Shown one piece after another: positions 63,350-64,000 of a stretch of 64,000 bases of DNA; the first letter of the stretch is position 1, and the number at the start of each line of letters is the position of its first letter. The stretch lies in IMG/VR virus record IMGVR_UViG_3300045988_130114, positions 1 to 64,000 of that record; one strand, 5' to 3'. The notes beneath the pieces are model-generated. The model was not told where the DNA came from. It saw only the letters and a program-made list of their open reading frames with translations, and searched no databases. Origin of the DNA: a virus. A program made the position numbers and the translations under genes.

Positions 63350-64000
63350 ATGAGTGAAACAAAGACTTACGTTTTCCCGGAGTCAGGCGGGAACGGTGGC
63401 GGTAGTGGAATGATGGCCATGCTGGCTCCTCTATTGCAGCAGAAAGGAATTGATCCGAACTTGTTGGTAGCTATGAATGGCAAGAACAACAATAGCGGCT
63501 TCGGTGGGGAAGGATCATGGTTTATATGGGTGATTTTTTTGTTTTTCCTTATGGGATGGGGAAACAATGGAAATGGATGGGGAAACAATGGCGGCGGCAA
63601 CAACGCAGGCGGAATCCCTAATCTTATCAACAACGATGCAGGAAGGGAGTTGCTTATGAGTGCTATCCAGGGAAATGGTCAGGCTATCAATACGCTGGCT
63701 ACCAATTTGAATTGCTCTGTAGGGCAAATTCAACAGTCTATCAACAGCGTCATGACGCAGATTCAGGGAGTAGGCAACCAAATCGGGATGTCTTCACAGC
63801 AGATTATCAACTCCGTGCAAGCTGGTAACTGTCAAATAGCACAAGCAATCGCAGACTGTTGCTGCAAGACGCAGAATGCTATTACTACGCAAGGCTATGA
63901 AAGTCAGTTGGCTATCTGCAACCAGACTAATACCTTGGTGAACACGGCCAACCAGAACACCCTGTCATTACGTGACGGAGCAACCGCAAATACAAATGCT
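63350..64000 (+). CDS. 5' part of a Gly/Asn-rich membrane protein with Q/N/C-rich coiled C-terminal region (runs off the window)
   Basis: ATG 63350, open to nt 64000 (hand translation); TM SWFIWVIFLFFLMGW; 21-nt duplication GGATGGGGAAACAATGG.. encoding GWGNNGN/GWGNNGG. Confidence 0.55.
   Translation, partial: MSETKTYVFPESGGNGGGSGMMAMLAPLLQQKGIDPNLLVAMNGKNNNSGFGGEGSWFIWVIFLFFLMGWGNNGNGWGNNGGGNNAGGIPNLINNDAGRELLMSAIQGNGQAINTLATNLNCSVGQIQQSINSVMTQIQGVGNQIGMSSQQIINSVQAGNCQIAQAIADCCCKTQNAITTQGYESQLAICNQTNTLVNTANQNTLSLRDGATANTNA

Noticed and set aside
1-64000. Stop-codon reassignment (as in some gut phages), given the phage-encoded odd tRNAs.
   Set aside because: Late genes of 1362, 1404, 879 and 845 codons are uninterrupted under the standard code, and no suppressor anticodon (CUA/UCA/UUA) could be folded convincingly.

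Overview
The window is a gene-dense segment (roughly 90% coding) of a tailed dsDNA phage or prophage. No cellular housekeeping genes, rRNA, CRISPR array, transposase or integrase are visible.

The host is most likely Bacteroidota. The Bacteroides-type -7 promoter box TAnnTTTG recurs in front of operons, Shine-Dalgarno signals are weak or absent, BACON-like Ig domains are present, and several Bacteroides-phage families appear (DUF4373-like replisome organizer, DUF4494-like).

Layout:
- 0.4-20.5 kb: early and regulatory genes. These include five antirepressor-type proteins (AntA-like, Rha, KilA-N, Bro-N/KilAC), VRR-NUC, a divergent XRE/CI-like repressor switch at 7.7-8.2 kb, HNH, a replisome organizer plus DnaC-like loader, an MTase and two PAPS-reductase-like genes.
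- 21.0-21.8 kb: tRNA and structured-RNA cluster.
- 21.9-26 kb: MTase-like protein, ParB-like protein, terminase small and large subunits.
- 26.5-29.2 kb: a decayed accessory stretch with an excisionase-like HTH gene.
- 29.4-36 kb: portal, head morphogenesis, scaffold and capsid genes.
- 36-55 kb: siphovirus-like tail. It includes a 1362-aa tape measure and a 1404-aa collagen-like fibre.
- 55-57.3 kb: lysis genes (holin, GH108 endolysin).
- 57.6-61.8 kb: two further receptor-binding or depolymerase-like proteins.

Most interesting observations:
1. A two-gene operon behind the repressor, arranged like lambda cI-rexAB.
2. A counter-oriented AT-rich lipoprotein plus HsdR-N/PD-(D/E)xK cassette that splits the chaperone / tape-measure junction.
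3. Deviant tRNAs and two 167- and 189-nt RNAs closed by tRNA acceptor and T arms.
4. A perfect tRNA-like cloverleaf inside the tail operon.
5. A sharply GC-mosaic, internally duplicated LamG-like gene.
6. A 19-nt phage-specific promoter motif with a conserved leader hairpin.
7. Several genes split at homopolymer runs.

All functional calls come from motif recognition by eye; no database search was run.
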